Shown: positions 1 to 9,159, counted from the stretch's first letter. The stretch is 64,000 nt of DNA from Candidatus Kapaibacterium sp. (GCA_026003475.1 BPHJ01000001.1:1737281-1801280); one strand, 5' to 3'. Notes: generated by a model not told the origin, from the letters alone. Program-made: numbers and translations.

Positions 1-1
1 C

Positions 2-955
2 CCATTCCCCATCACGAGCACATCCTCCCTGGTCATCAGTGGGCAGCAGGGCATTTTCGGTTCCGTGTACGGCGCGATGACACGCGACCGGCTAAGCTGG
101 ACAATTGAGTGCGCGCGTGACTACGCAGCAAACCTTGCATTCCGCACCGGTCTCGAGTACCGCCTTGACCACACAACCCTTGCCCTCGGTCTGCGGCGGT
201 ATGCACCAACTTTTCGTGCCCCGTACGGATACAACTTTGGTGAATCCTCACAGCCCACCAACGAAGAGGGCATCTATCTGGGCATCCGATCGTTTGTCGC
301 AAAGGGCATTCAATACCTGGCGTATGGGGACATCTACCGTCATGCGGCGACAACTGGTTCTCTTCCCCGTGTGCGTCGTGGCGTTGACCTATTCAATGAG
401 CTACGCATACGGATTGGAAGCAGCACACTGCTTCTGGTACGCCTTCGGCAGGAACACCGAACCGACGATCGCTCGATGGAATCAGGCACAATGGCGGAAG
501 AGATTCTCCGCACCATTCTTCGATGCGAAATCCAGCACAGCACCCCTGGTGGCATCATTGCTCGCTTTCGGATCGAGAGGGTCTGGCCAATAGCAACCGA
601 ATCTGTTGCCACCAGCTCCGAGGGAGGCATCGCTGCCTTTGCCGAAGTGACAATCCCCCTTAGCCAGCAACTGAGCATTGGCGGTCGGTGCACGATGTAC
701 CGCACCGATTCCTTCAATGCGGCGGTGTACACCTTCGAGCAACTGACGCCGGGGTTACTAGTCAGTGTGCCGCTCTACGGCAGCGGTAGCCGCTCGTTTG
801 GATTCGTACGGTGGCAACCCCTCGATCGCATCACGCTCTGGGTACGGTATGGATCAACCGAGCGACTGAACGTAGCCTCTCTCGGGAGCGGGCTGACCGA
901 AGTTCCTGGTACACACGAGGGGCGAGCATACATTCAGCTCGATGTGCGCTTGTAG
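2..955 (+). CDS. Hypothetical beta-strand-rich (outer-membrane-like) protein, 5'-truncated by window edge
   Basis: The reading frame is open from position 2, with no stop before the GTG at 65, so the N-terminus lies outside the window. The sequence is beta-rich with alternating hydrophobic residues and has no catalytic motif I recognise. Stop codon at 953-955, just upstream of the adaptor/permease/ATPase genes. Confidence 0.5.
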   Translation, partial: PFPITSTSSLVISGQQGIFGSVYGAMTRDRLSWTIECARDYAANLAFRTGLEYRLDHTTLALGLRRYAPTFRAPYGYNFGESSQPTNEEGIYLGIRSFVAKGIQYLAYGDIYRHAATTGSLPRVRRGVDLFNELRIRIGSSTLLLVRLRQEHRTDDRSMESGTMAEEILRTILRCEIQHSTPGGIIARFRIERVWPIATESVATSSEGGIAAFAEVTIPLSQQLSIGGRCTMYRTDSFNAAVYTFEQLTPGLLVSVPLYGSGSRSFGFVRWQPLDRITLWVRYGSTERLNVASLGSGLTEVPGTHEGRAYIQLDVRL

Positions 956-1000
956 CAGGTGGAGGGTTCTATTTTCGCACGCACACATCCCGGCCAGCGT

Positions 1001-2086
1001 ATGAACAATTGGGCTGCCGCTTTCTGTGCGCTCTGCATTCTCAGCGGGTGCAGTTCGAAAACCACCTACTACCGCGTCCATCCCACCGATCTTGTCGAAG
1101 CAGTGTACGCCAGCGGGACACTCCGCACCGCCGATCAATACCGAGTGTTTTCACCGGTGCAAGGAGTCTTGGTGCACCTACCTGTTGCGGTTGGTGATAG
1201 TGTGAGCAGTGGTTCGCTCTTGTTCGAGGTCAAGTCCGACGATCCCCAGGTGCGCCTTCGCAGTGCGGCGGAGGCGCTCGGCTACGCAGAGCAGATGGCA
1301 GATACACTCAGTTCGCCGCAGCTTGCCGAGCTGAGAGCACAACGCGAAAGCGCGCGCATTCGGTATGAGCTGGACTCTTCGTACTTTGAACGCATCCGCA
1401 CTGCCTATGCATCGAACGCCGTTGCTGTGGCAGACTACGACCGCGCCCGCAGTGCAATGGTCAGCTCTCGCGCTGCCTACCAAGCCGCGCACGCTCGCTA
1501 CAATGCAGCGTGCGTAGCCGCACAGAATCAACTCGATCAAGCCCGTCGCCAACACGAATTGGCACGAACAACACTGGAGAACTTTCGCATTACGAGCCTG
1601 GTGAGCGGACGCGTGTTGGCAAAGTATCGCAACGTCGGCGAGCTGGTGACCGTGCAACAACCAGTGCTCTTGCTCGGTCGGGGTGATCAACGCTATCTGG
1701 ACATCTACTGCGACGTTGCCGATGCGCATCGCCTCCGCATCGGTGCAACAGTCCTCTACACTCTCGATGCCTATCCGGATAGCATCTTCACGGCAACGGT
1801 GACCACGATCTATCCAGCCATTGATGCTGCAACCCAGTCCATTCACGTCGAAGCCCGCTGCACGACCGCGCCGCCGCTCCTGTTGACCGACATTGCCGTC
1901 CAAGCCAACATCATCGTTGCCCAGCGCAAGGGTGTACTGGCGATTCCCCGGCGTGCCGTCCAACCCGATTCGACGGTCGTCCTGCGCTCTGGTGAACGTC
2001 GGCGGGTGCAGCTTGGCATCGGCTCCCTGGAGTACGTCGAGGTCACCAGTGGGCTTGCCGATGGCGATGAAGTTGCCGTTCCCTAA
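1001..2086 (+). CDS. Efflux transporter periplasmic adaptor subunit (HlyD/MFP family), lipoprotein
   Basis: The ATG at 1001 gives a lipoprotein-type signal, MNNWAAAFCALCILSGC. A helical hairpin region (AEALGYAEQ...LRAQRESARIRYELD...) and a beta-rich C-terminus are typical of MacA/HlyD adaptors. The ORF-track start at 959 is a GTG extension. Confidence 0.8.
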   Translation: MNNWAAAFCALCILSGCSSKTTYYRVHPTDLVEAVYASGTLRTADQYRVFSPVQGVLVHLPVAVGDSVSSGSLLFEVKSDDPQVRLRSAAEALGYAEQMADTLSSPQLAELRAQRESARIRYELDSSYFERIRTAYASNAVAVADYDRARSAMVSSRAAYQAAHARYNAACVAAQNQLDQARRQHELARTTLENFRITSLVSGRVLAKYRNVGELVTVQQPVLLLGRGDQRYLDIYCDVADAHRLRIGATVLYTLDAYPDSIFTATVTTIYPAIDAATQSIHVEARCTTAPPLLLTDIAVQANIIVAQRKGVLAIPRRAVQPDSTVVLRSGERRRVQLGIGSLEYVEVTSGLADGDEVAVP

Positions 2087-2097
2087 TTCTGCTTGCC

Positions 2098-3363
2098 ATG
2101 GTACACTCGGCGTGGATTGTTTATGCTCGCATTATCGCAACGCATCTCCGCTCGCGGCGGCGGCAGACGATTCTATCGGCGTTGGGTATCACGTTCGGCA
2201 TCAGCTTCTACGTTGCGATGGTGAGTTTCATGAGCGGTGTCAATGAATTTCTCGAAGACATCATGCTCAGCGCCACGCCACACGTTCGACTCTACAACGA
2301 CGTCACGCTCGATTCGGTCACGATTGCCCAGCGGTGGTTCGGTCGCAGTGCCATGGTCGTCGTCTATCATCCGAAGGTTGCCGAGCGTTCGCGCGCCATT
2401 CGAAACGCACCGGAGATTCTTGCCACGCTCAAGCGGCAACACCAGGAAATTCTGGGCATTTCCCCACGAGTTACTGCGCAGATCTACTACACACAGGGCA
2501 CAACCGAAGTACCTGGCTCCCTGGTTGGCGTGGACTTGGTCGAGGAGAACAAACTCTTTGCGCTCTCGAGCAAAATCACTGCGGGATCGCTCCGCGCCGT
2601 GTTGACAACCGACGATGGCATCATGCTCGGCGGCGGACTTGCTGACAAGCTCAACGTGCGCGTCGGCGACCGCCTTCCCGTCACGCTTCCATCGGGGACG
2701 CGGCGCCTGATGACGGTCGCCGCTATCGTGCGATTCGGTATTGCCCAGATTGACAACGCCCAATCCTACACAACGCTCAAAACCGTCCAGCGACTGCTCG
2801 GCAAAGACCAGCGCTACATCACCGACATCTACATCAAGCTTCGCGACCGCGACGATGCACCGCGCTTGGCAGCGCTCTATGCACGGCTGTTCGGCTGCTC
2901 TGCCGAGGATTGGCAAACGTTCAATGCAACAATTCTGGTTAGCTTCACCATCCGGAACATTCTCACCTATGCCGTCAGCATCTCCATGCTAATCGTCGCT
3001 GGCTTCGGCATCTACAACATTTTGACGATGATGATTCTCGAAAAGCTCAAAGACATTGCCATCCTCAAAGCAATGGGATTTGGGCAGCGGGATATTCGCG
3101 CTATTGTCTTGGGGCAATCGTTGGCTCTCGGCATTGCAGGTGGTGTGGCCGGATTAGTGGTCGGTTTCCTGATGTCCTTGGGTATTTCGCGTGTACCATT
3201 CCGGAATGAATTCTTGCCTGGCATGGAGTATCTGCCGGTAAAATTTTCGCTCCTCTACTACGCAGTTGCCATCGTGTTCGCGCTTGGCTCGGCGGCAGTC
3301 GCCGGCATTTTCCCTGCACGCCGTGCCGCCAGAGTTGACCCCGTCTCTATCCTTCGCGGGTGA
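2098..3363 (+). CDS. ABC transporter permease, FtsX/MacB-LolCE family
   Basis: 421 aa. It has an N-terminal TM helix, a large periplasmic domain, and a C-terminal FtsX-type TM bundle (ILEKLKDIAILKAMGF...). It lies between the adaptor gene and the ATPase gene. Confidence 0.85.
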   Translation: MVHSAWIVYARIIATHLRSRRRQTILSALGITFGISFYVAMVSFMSGVNEFLEDIMLSATPHVRLYNDVTLDSVTIAQRWFGRSAMVVVYHPKVAERSRAIRNAPEILATLKRQHQEILGISPRVTAQIYYTQGTTEVPGSLVGVDLVEENKLFALSSKITAGSLRAVLTTDDGIMLGGGLADKLNVRVGDRLPVTLPSGTRRLMTVAAIVRFGIAQIDNAQSYTTLKTVQRLLGKDQRYITDIYIKLRDRDDAPRLAALYARLFGCSAEDWQTFNATILVSFTIRNILTYAVSISMLIVAGFGIYNILTMMILEKLKDIAILKAMGFGQRDIRAIVLGQSLALGIAGGVAGLVVGFLMSLGISRVPFRNEFLPGMEYLPVKFSLLYYAVAIVFALGSAAVAGIFPARRAARVDPVSILRG

Positions 3364-3367
3364 ACAA

Positions 3368-4057
3368 ATGACCATCCTCGATGCACGCGACATCGTCAAG
3401 ATTTTTCCCGAACCGGTACCGTTCCAGGTATTGCGCGGCATCTCGCTGACCATTGCGCGCGGAGAATTTGTCTCGATTGTCGGTAAGTCCGGCTGCGGTA
3501 AATCAACGCTCCTGTACGTGCTCTCGACGCTCGACACCGACTACCGCGGCACACTCACCATCGCTGACACGGTAGTAACGGGCAAGGATCAAGATTTTCT
3601 GGCTCACTTTCGCGGCGAGCATATTGGGTTCATTTTTCAGTTCCACTTCCTGTTGCAGGAATTCACCATCCTCGACAACGTGCTCCTGCCAGCGCTCAAA
3701 TTGGGCAAGGAACCACCCGACCGCGTTCGCGACCGCGCAATGGGATTACTCGAACGCATGGGCATTGCCGACTGCGCTCACCGTCCCGCAAAGCAGCTCT
3801 CTGGCGGACAACAGCAACGAGCCGCCATTGCACGCGCCTTGATCAATCAACCAGCACTGGTCATTGGCGACGAACCAACCGGAAACCTCGACTCGGAAAA
3901 CACCGCTGCCGTCCTCGACTTGCTCAGTTCTATTTGCCGTGACATGGGGCAAACCGTCGTCATTGTCACCCACGATCGGGAAGTTGCCGCCCGAAGTGAT
4001 CGCATTCTGACAATGGCCGATGGACGCATTATCGGCCAGGAACGCCGGCGGCCCTAA
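3368..4057 (+). CDS. ABC transporter ATP-binding protein (MacB/LolD type)
   Basis: Walker A GKSGCGKST, signature LSGGQQQR, Walker B LVIGDEPT, H-loop VTHD. The ATG at 3368 is 5 nt after the permease stop. The ORF-track start at 3266 lies inside the permease gene. Confidence 0.9.
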   Translation: MTILDARDIVKIFPEPVPFQVLRGISLTIARGEFVSIVGKSGCGKSTLLYVLSTLDTDYRGTLTIADTVVTGKDQDFLAHFRGEHIGFIFQFHFLLQEFTILDNVLLPALKLGKEPPDRVRDRAMGLLERMGIADCAHRPAKQLSGGQQQRAAIARALINQPALVIGDEPTGNLDSENTAAVLDLLSSICRDMGQTVVIVTHDREVAARSDRILTMADGRIIGQERRRP

Positions 4058-4964
4058 GAGCGCTGGCCAAATCCACCGCATCGAAGGAAAATCCTTCCGC
4101 CATCAAGCGTGCCGGTACTGCCCGAATGCTATCGGTGAGCGTTGTTGCCATCTGACCAAGTGCAAGACGGAGCAGCGGCTCCGGTAGACGCCCCCATACC
4201 GGACGGCGATACTGGTGGGCAAGGACCCGCATAAAATCGGCCATGGGCACTGGCTCCGGGGAAGTAACGTTGAGTGGGCCCGTCATCATGCCGTGAGTCC
4301 GAACCCATTCGATCACACGCAGGACATCGGTCAACGCAACCCAGGACAGCCACTGGCGACCACTGCCAGGAATGATGGCGCCAACGGTAGCAACGATTGG
4401 TCCGAGCTTGCCGAGCATACCTCCACCTGCTCCGAGCACGACCCCAAGCCGCAATCGGACAACGCGGCAATATGGCTCTGCGCCCTGCGCTGCTTCTTCC
4501 CATTCTGCGCACAGGTCTGCCAGAAAGCCGCTCCCCTTCGATGAATCTTCGGTAAGCGTCTCCAGGTCGCGATTGCCGTAGTAGCCAACGGCTGAAGCGT
4601 TGATGAGCACCCGCGGTGCCACTGGTGCGGCAGCAATCGCACGAACCAATTGGGTCGTTGGTCCAAGCCGACTGGAGCGCAAGATCGCTTTCCTCTTTGC
4701 GGTCCAGCGACCAGCAGCAACATTTTCTCCGCAGAGATTGATCACCGTATCGGCCGCGGCAACAGCTCGGCCGAGATCATCTTTCCACGTGAGCAGTGCA
4801 ATAGCATCGCCGCCACCACCACCGAGCACACGTCGCGCACGCTCGGCATCCCGCACAATTGCAACGACGCGAAGGCCGCGCTGAATGCATTGCTCCACTA
4901 ACGCACGGCCGATAAAGCCCGTGGCGCCGGCGATGACAACCGTTGTGCCTTCTGAATTGTTCAT
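4029..4964 (-). CDS. NAD-dependent epimerase/dehydratase family protein (YfcH/TIGR01777-like)
   Basis: The ATG at 4964 gives MNNSEGTTVVIAGATGFIGRAL, a Rossmann GxxGxxG N-terminus. The C-terminal ARLMAEGFSFDAVDLASAL resembles the DUF1731 tail of this family. ATGA overlap with the upstream gene's stop (4961-4964). The 3' end overlaps the convergent ABC ATPase gene by 29 nt. Confidence 0.75.
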   Translation of the reverse strand: MNNSEGTTVVIAGATGFIGRALVEQCIQRGLRVVAIVRDAERARRVLGGGGGDAIALLTWKDDLGRAVAAADTVINLCGENVAAGRWTAKRKAILRSSRLGPTTQLVRAIAAAPVAPRVLINASAVGYYGNRDLETLTEDSSKGSGFLADLCAEWEEAAQGAEPYCRVVRLRLGVVLGAGGGMLGKLGPIVATVGAIIPGSGRQWLSWVALTDVLRVIEWVRTHGMMTGPLNVTSPEPVPMADFMRVLAHQYRRPVWGRLPEPLLRLALGQMATTLTDSIRAVPARLMAEGFSFDAVDLASALRAAGVPGR

Positions 4965-5701
4965 CGCTCTTGCATCACGACATGTTTGCGGTAGAGTTCG
5001 TAGTCCCCAATGCGCACTTCCAGGACGTAGTCCCCGGCAGGCAACCGACGTCCCTTGTCGTCGCGTCCATCCCATTCGAGTTCATAGACGCCCGGACGCT
5101 GCTCTTGGTCGAGCAATCGGCGGACAATGAGCGCTGTTGTTGAATACACCACCGCCTGCACACGGGCAGTCTGCCGAACGCGATAGCTCATGCGGGGGGA
5201 AACGTCCTGGCTCAAGCCCAACAGCGAGCCAATGGTGCTCATGGGGATACTCACAGCACCACTTTGCCCTGCACGCCAAACAGGCATTGCCGTTGCGCTG
5301 GCAATCGCAACCTGGCGTTGGACAACTTCGCGGGGATCGGGTATGAGCATGCGCTGCGACAGTGTCATATTTCGGAGCGCTGCTTGCCATGGGGATTCCA
5401 GTTCATTGCGGCGGCGCACGATTTCGAAATCGCTCAAAATGCGCTGCACGTCCAGTGCTAAGCGCACTGAGGGCGACAACTCCAAACGGAGAGCTCGCAG
5501 GTAGAGCGAATCCTGCTCGGGCAAGTACTCTCCCTGCTTGCCGCCTGGCAGACTATCGGGATGCGCTGTGGGAACAGAACGCTCCTGCAGGACCGATGCG
5601 GGGGATTTTTCCGGCGGATTCAGTGGCGGCTGGACAGTCTGCGCACGGGCGGACGTTGCAACTGCAATTGCGCACCACACCAGGAGCCACGCGCCTTTCA
5701 T
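4961..5701 (-). CDS. Secreted hypothetical protein with C-terminal FlgD-Ig-like beta-sandwich domain
   Basis: The ATG at 5701 gives the signal peptide MKGAWLLVWCAIAVATSARAQ. The C-terminus (GVYELEWDGRDDKGRRLPAGDYVLEVRI) matches the FlgD-Ig-like fold motif. The longer ORF-track start at 5920 overlaps the S1 gene. Confidence 0.6.
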   Translation of the reverse strand: MKGAWLLVWCAIAVATSARAQTVQPPLNPPEKSPASVLQERSVPTAHPDSLPGGKQGEYLPEQDSLYLRALRLELSPSVRLALDVQRILSDFEIVRRRNELESPWQAALRNMTLSQRMLIPDPREVVQRQVAIASATAMPVWRAGQSGAVSIPMSTIGSLLGLSQDVSPRMSYRVRQTARVQAVVYSTTALIVRRLLDQEQRPGVYELEWDGRDDKGRRLPAGDYVLEVRIGDYELYRKHVVMQER

Positions 5702-5717
5702 TGATCCACGGCGGCGG

Positions 5718-7205
5718 TCAACTCTGGTCAGAGCCGCCAAAAAGGCGCTGCCGTTCTTCCTCGCTGAGCAGTTCACCGAGTGTAATTTTGGTCGGATTGG
5801 CTGGGCGATACTCGCGCGGCTTGGGTGTTGCAGCAGATGCGCCTTCCCGTGGTGGACCGAACAATTCCTCTTCGGGCTCAACGCGCGGCTCGACGATGAA
5901 CGACTCGCTGGCCGGATCAATCTCGACGACAGTCACCGCCACAATGTCTCCGGGGCTATACGGAATGCGCTTGCCCTTGAGGACCGAGCGCATATGCGAA
6001 CGAGGCATAAATGCATCCACTTCCCCTCCAATGGTCAGGAGCACACCCGGGCCACTGACTTTTTGCACAACGCCAGTGGTATGGAAACCGCGTGGATACT
6101 TTTCGACAAATCCTGGCCACGGGTTGTCCATCGTCCGGCGGAGCGACAGGTCAATCTGCTCCCGCTCGGGCTTGACCTCGATGACGACGACTTCGACCTG
6201 TTGTCCTTCGCGGAGCACCTCGGCGGGATTGGTAATTCGCCGTGTCCAGGATAATTCTCCCAGCCGCAGCAGCCCTTCGATACCGGGCTCAAGCTCGACG
6301 AATGCTCCAAACGGTACCAGCCGCCGCACCACACCGGAATAGCGCTGGCCGACCCGGTAGCGCTCAGCAACGGTCTGCCACGGCGATGGCTCCAGCGCTT
6401 TCATGCTGAGCGAAATCTTGTCGTGCTCAGGGTCAATCTCGACGATTTGCGCTCGCACCTGGTCGCCCCGTTTGAATGCGCTGCTCAGGTCTGCCGGCGG
6501 ATGATGCGATATGCGCGAAATGTGAACTAAGCCATCGAATCCGCCAATGTCCACGAACAGCCCAAAGCTTTGGACCGACGTTACCGTTCCCTCGACAATG
6601 TCGCCCACCTTGAAGCGGCTGTAGAACTCCTGCCGCAGAAGCGTTCGCCGTGTGACGATGAACGAAATTCGCCCGGCCTCATCTTTGGCGATCTCGGCAA
6701 TGTGAACCGGGATGTCGGTGCCGACCACAGCTTGCAGCTCGTGATCGGTCGGACTTTTTTTGAGGAAAAATTGGGAGGAGGGCAAAAACATCTTGATGCC
6801 TTCGTAGGTAACGCGCAAGCCACCACGAACGCGCTGGGCAACATGGACTGTGATCGTTTCCCCGCGCTCCATGATGCCTTGCAAGCGTGCAAGTAATTCG
6901 TCGGTGACCGCCGCAGGCGCTGGTTTATCCTCGGTGGTCGGCGGCAGCTCGATTTTCTCAAACGGCTGCGGTTCGGCAGATTGGGCAGGATGCGCATCAG
7001 CAGCGGCTGGTGCCTGCTCGGTGGCAGTGGTAGGCGGACTTGCTGGCGGTGTCTGTTCCGCCGGCACGGATGCTTCTGCCGTTACCGACGATGGTTCGGT
7101 TGCTGGCGCCGTCGCCGTGTTGTCGGTCGGTTGATCGGACGATGGAACCGTACTGGTTTGCTCGGCAGCCGGTGCTGCATCGGGATGGAGTTCGTGTTCG
7201 CTCAT
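5718..7205 (-). CDS. S1 RNA-binding domain protein (four S1 repeats) with a Pro/Ala/Thr-rich N-terminal tail
   Basis: Four repeats of the S1 OB-fold pattern are visible (e.g. GDIVEGTVTSVQSFGLFVDIGGFDGLVHIS, GQRYSGVVRRLVPFGAFVELEPGIEGLLRL, HTTGVVQKVSGPGVLLTIGGEVDAFMP). The first ~130 aa are low complexity (P/A/T/E/S). Confidence 0.8.
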   Translation of the reverse strand: MSEHELHPDAAPAAEQTSTVPSSDQPTDNTATAPATEPSSVTAEASVPAEQTPPASPPTTATEQAPAAADAHPAQSAEPQPFEKIELPPTTEDKPAPAAVTDELLARLQGIMERGETITVHVAQRVRGGLRVTYEGIKMFLPSSQFFLKKSPTDHELQAVVGTDIPVHIAEIAKDEAGRISFIVTRRTLLRQEFYSRFKVGDIVEGTVTSVQSFGLFVDIGGFDGLVHISRISHHPPADLSSAFKRGDQVRAQIVEIDPEHDKISLSMKALEPSPWQTVAERYRVGQRYSGVVRRLVPFGAFVELEPGIEGLLRLGELSWTRRITNPAEVLREGQQVEVVVIEVKPEREQIDLSLRRTMDNPWPGFVEKYPRGFHTTGVVQKVSGPGVLLTIGGEVDAFMPRSHMRSVLKGKRIPYSPGDIVAVTVVEIDPASESFIVEPRVEPEEELFGPPREGASAATPKPREYRPANPTKITLGELLSEEERQRLFGGSDQS

Positions 7206-7231
7206 GGACGGTGTGGCGATTGTGAAGACTA

Positions 7232-7255
7232 CCGCTCCCTATCTTCCAGGAGCGG
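7232..7255 (-). terminator. Possible hairpin terminator downstream of the NUDIX gene
   Basis: A 7-bp GC-rich stem (CCGCTCC at 7232-7238 pairing with GGAGCGG at 7249-7255) encloses a 10-nt loop. It lies 28 nt past the NUDIX stop on the minus strand. The trailing U-tract is weak (TAGTCTTCAC). Confidence 0.25.
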
Positions 7256-7282
7256 GTTGCGAATATACAACGGGTTGTTGCG

Positions 7283-7753
7283 CTACCGCAGTCGGTAGAG
7301 CTGGGCGAGCACGCCACGGCGGTCCGGATCCGTGAGAAACCGGTCCAACAATGCAACGCCCTCCTGCTGCGCGGGAATCGGCAACATCTGTTGTGCGTGG
7401 GTGCAGTCCAGCCAGCGATAGTCCTCATGCTCGGTCAGCCGAACACGTGCCGATGGGGGAACCACTGCGCCAAACGCAACTGCAAACCGGAGCATGTCGT
7501 AGTGGCGGTCATAGTAGGAGGCTACCACAGGAAGGGACCACCACTGATGGACCGCAACGCCGATTTCTTCGTCAAGCTCACGCTGTGCAGCCTCGAAAGC
7601 CGTCTCCCCCTCGGCGACACGGCCAGTGATACACTGCCACAGCCCGGGATATTCGTGGTCCTGCAGCGAACGGCGCAGGACCAAGTGTTTCCACCCGCCG
7701 CCTTGAGGGCGCGCTACGTGGACTTGTACCAGCGCTGGTACAATGCCTGCCAT
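7283..7753 (-). CDS. NUDIX hydrolase
   Basis: The Nudix box GRVAEGETAFEAAQRELDEEIGV fits GX5EX7REUXEEXGU. The only good start is the ATG at 7753, which overlaps the upstream gene's end by 40 nt. Confidence 0.8.
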   Translation of the reverse strand: MAGIVPALVQVHVARPQGGGWKHLVLRRSLQDHEYPGLWQCITGRVAEGETAFEAAQRELDEEIGVAVHQWWSLPVVASYYDRHYDMLRFAVAFGAVVPPSARVRLTEHEDYRWLDCTHAQQMLPIPAQQEGVALLDRFLTDPDRRGVLAQLYRLR

Positions 7754-8880
7754 GGCTCCTCGCTGGCAAGCGGTTCGAGAACCGATGCCGGCACCGACTC
7801 AGGGAAGATCTTGGCCAGCTCAACTTGCGACAGTCGTCGCCATGAACCAGGAGCAATGCCTTCGAGCGTGATGCTGCCGATGCGGTACCGCTCCATTCCG
7901 ATAACTTCCAGCTCGGCTTCCTTGAGCACGCGGTAAATATCCCGCGCCGTGGGGCGAACAACCACAATCGAAAGCCATGCATAGCGCTTGGTCTTGCGCA
8001 GCAGCTCCACACGCACAACGTTATCGTTGTCCGGATCGAGTGCTTGCAGTTGGGCTGTGATAGTGTTCAATGCTCGCTTGGTCGGGGCTTTGTGGACCTT
8101 GACGTGGTACTCTTTCTCCATCAGGTCGAAGAGGCTTTTGCCTGTAACGCGTTGCTCAGGGTCGTTGGTAACAACGACCAATCCACTGACGCTTTTTGCC
8201 AGCGGTCCGCCGGGAATGAACCAGCCGCGCTTTTTCATGAGGAAGTTGAACACGTGGCGGCTATTGGGTTCGCGGCTACCAGCATAGTGGCGCGGTTTGT
8301 TGAGCACGATGTAAATGTTGCGCGGTGTGTGGTGGAGCAGCAGTCCGTCCACGCGCACTGTATCGTGGAGCAAACGCACCGTATACACCGGCTCACGAAC
8401 GATACGGTCGTTGACGGTGACAACGTGCTCCTTGATTGCGCGCTTTGCCAGTTTACGCGAGCAGTAGAGCAAGCGGACCAGTGCACGGACGACGGTTGTC
8501 GGACGCGGGGTCAGCCGATTGCGATCGGCTGGCTCGATGTAGGGCGTGCGACGGCGGAAGCGTCCTCGACCGGCAGAGCGGTTTCGATCGAATCCCCGAT
8601 CGCGACGGAACGGACGCTCACCCCGCGGTCGGTACGATGGACTGCGCCCATAGCCGCTGGGTTGGCGATAATCCCACGGCGATGAGCGCCAGCGGTCGGT
8701 AGGCTCCGGTGGGAAGAATCGCCGCTGGTCATCGGCCGATGGCGAGGACTCGTACGGATTGACACTCACAACCGATCGAACAATACGGCGGCGCGGCGGA
8801 CGGTACGTTGGTTGATCTTCCGCTTGATGGTGCCCGTTTTCTGGCATCTCCGCGTCGCTGTAATCCTGCAGGTTATCCAT
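7714..8880 (-). CDS. S4-domain / RsuA-RluB-like pseudouridine synthase homolog with Arg-rich N-terminal tail; catalytic motif degenerate
   Basis: A GGAGG Shine-Dalgarno sits 5 nt before the ATG at 8880. An S4-like segment (RALVRLLYCSRKLAKRAIKEHVVTVNDRIV) is followed by a PUS core (IYIVLNKPRHY...IPGGPLAKSVSGLVVVTNDPE). The family motif GRLDxxSxGLLLLTNDG has its Asp replaced by Ala. Confidence 0.7.
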   Translation of the reverse strand: MDNLQDYSDAEMPENGHHQAEDQPTYRPPRRRIVRSVVSVNPYESSPSADDQRRFFPPEPTDRWRSSPWDYRQPSGYGRSPSYRPRGERPFRRDRGFDRNRSAGRGRFRRRTPYIEPADRNRLTPRPTTVVRALVRLLYCSRKLAKRAIKEHVVTVNDRIVREPVYTVRLLHDTVRVDGLLLHHTPRNIYIVLNKPRHYAGSREPNSRHVFNFLMKKRGWFIPGGPLAKSVSGLVVVTNDPEQRVTGKSLFDLMEKEYHVKVHKAPTKRALNTITAQLQALDPDNDNVVRVELLRKTKRYAWLSIVVVRPTARDIYRVLKEAELEVIGMERYRIGSITLEGIAPGSWRRLSQVELAKIFPESVPASVLEPLASEEPWQALYQRWYKST

Positions 8881-9159
8881 TGTTCCTCCGAATCTTTAGT
8901 GTGCGACATGCGTGGTCATTTCTTCTGACAATCTCTGCCTTGCATCCGTTGGAGGCACACCCTAACGGTGAGGCATCATGCGTGCGAACAGCTCTGCAGG
9001 GCATTGTCGTTCCCACAATGAGCCACGATCACAGAGTGGCGCTACGATTCCCCTGTATCGCTGCTCGTTGTGGCAGGTGGTTGTCTCGTTTCGACAATTG
9101 TCAACCAGAGCACGTGTTCGCCGACTGTTCCACGGTGCATCAACGATTGTGCCAGCCGA

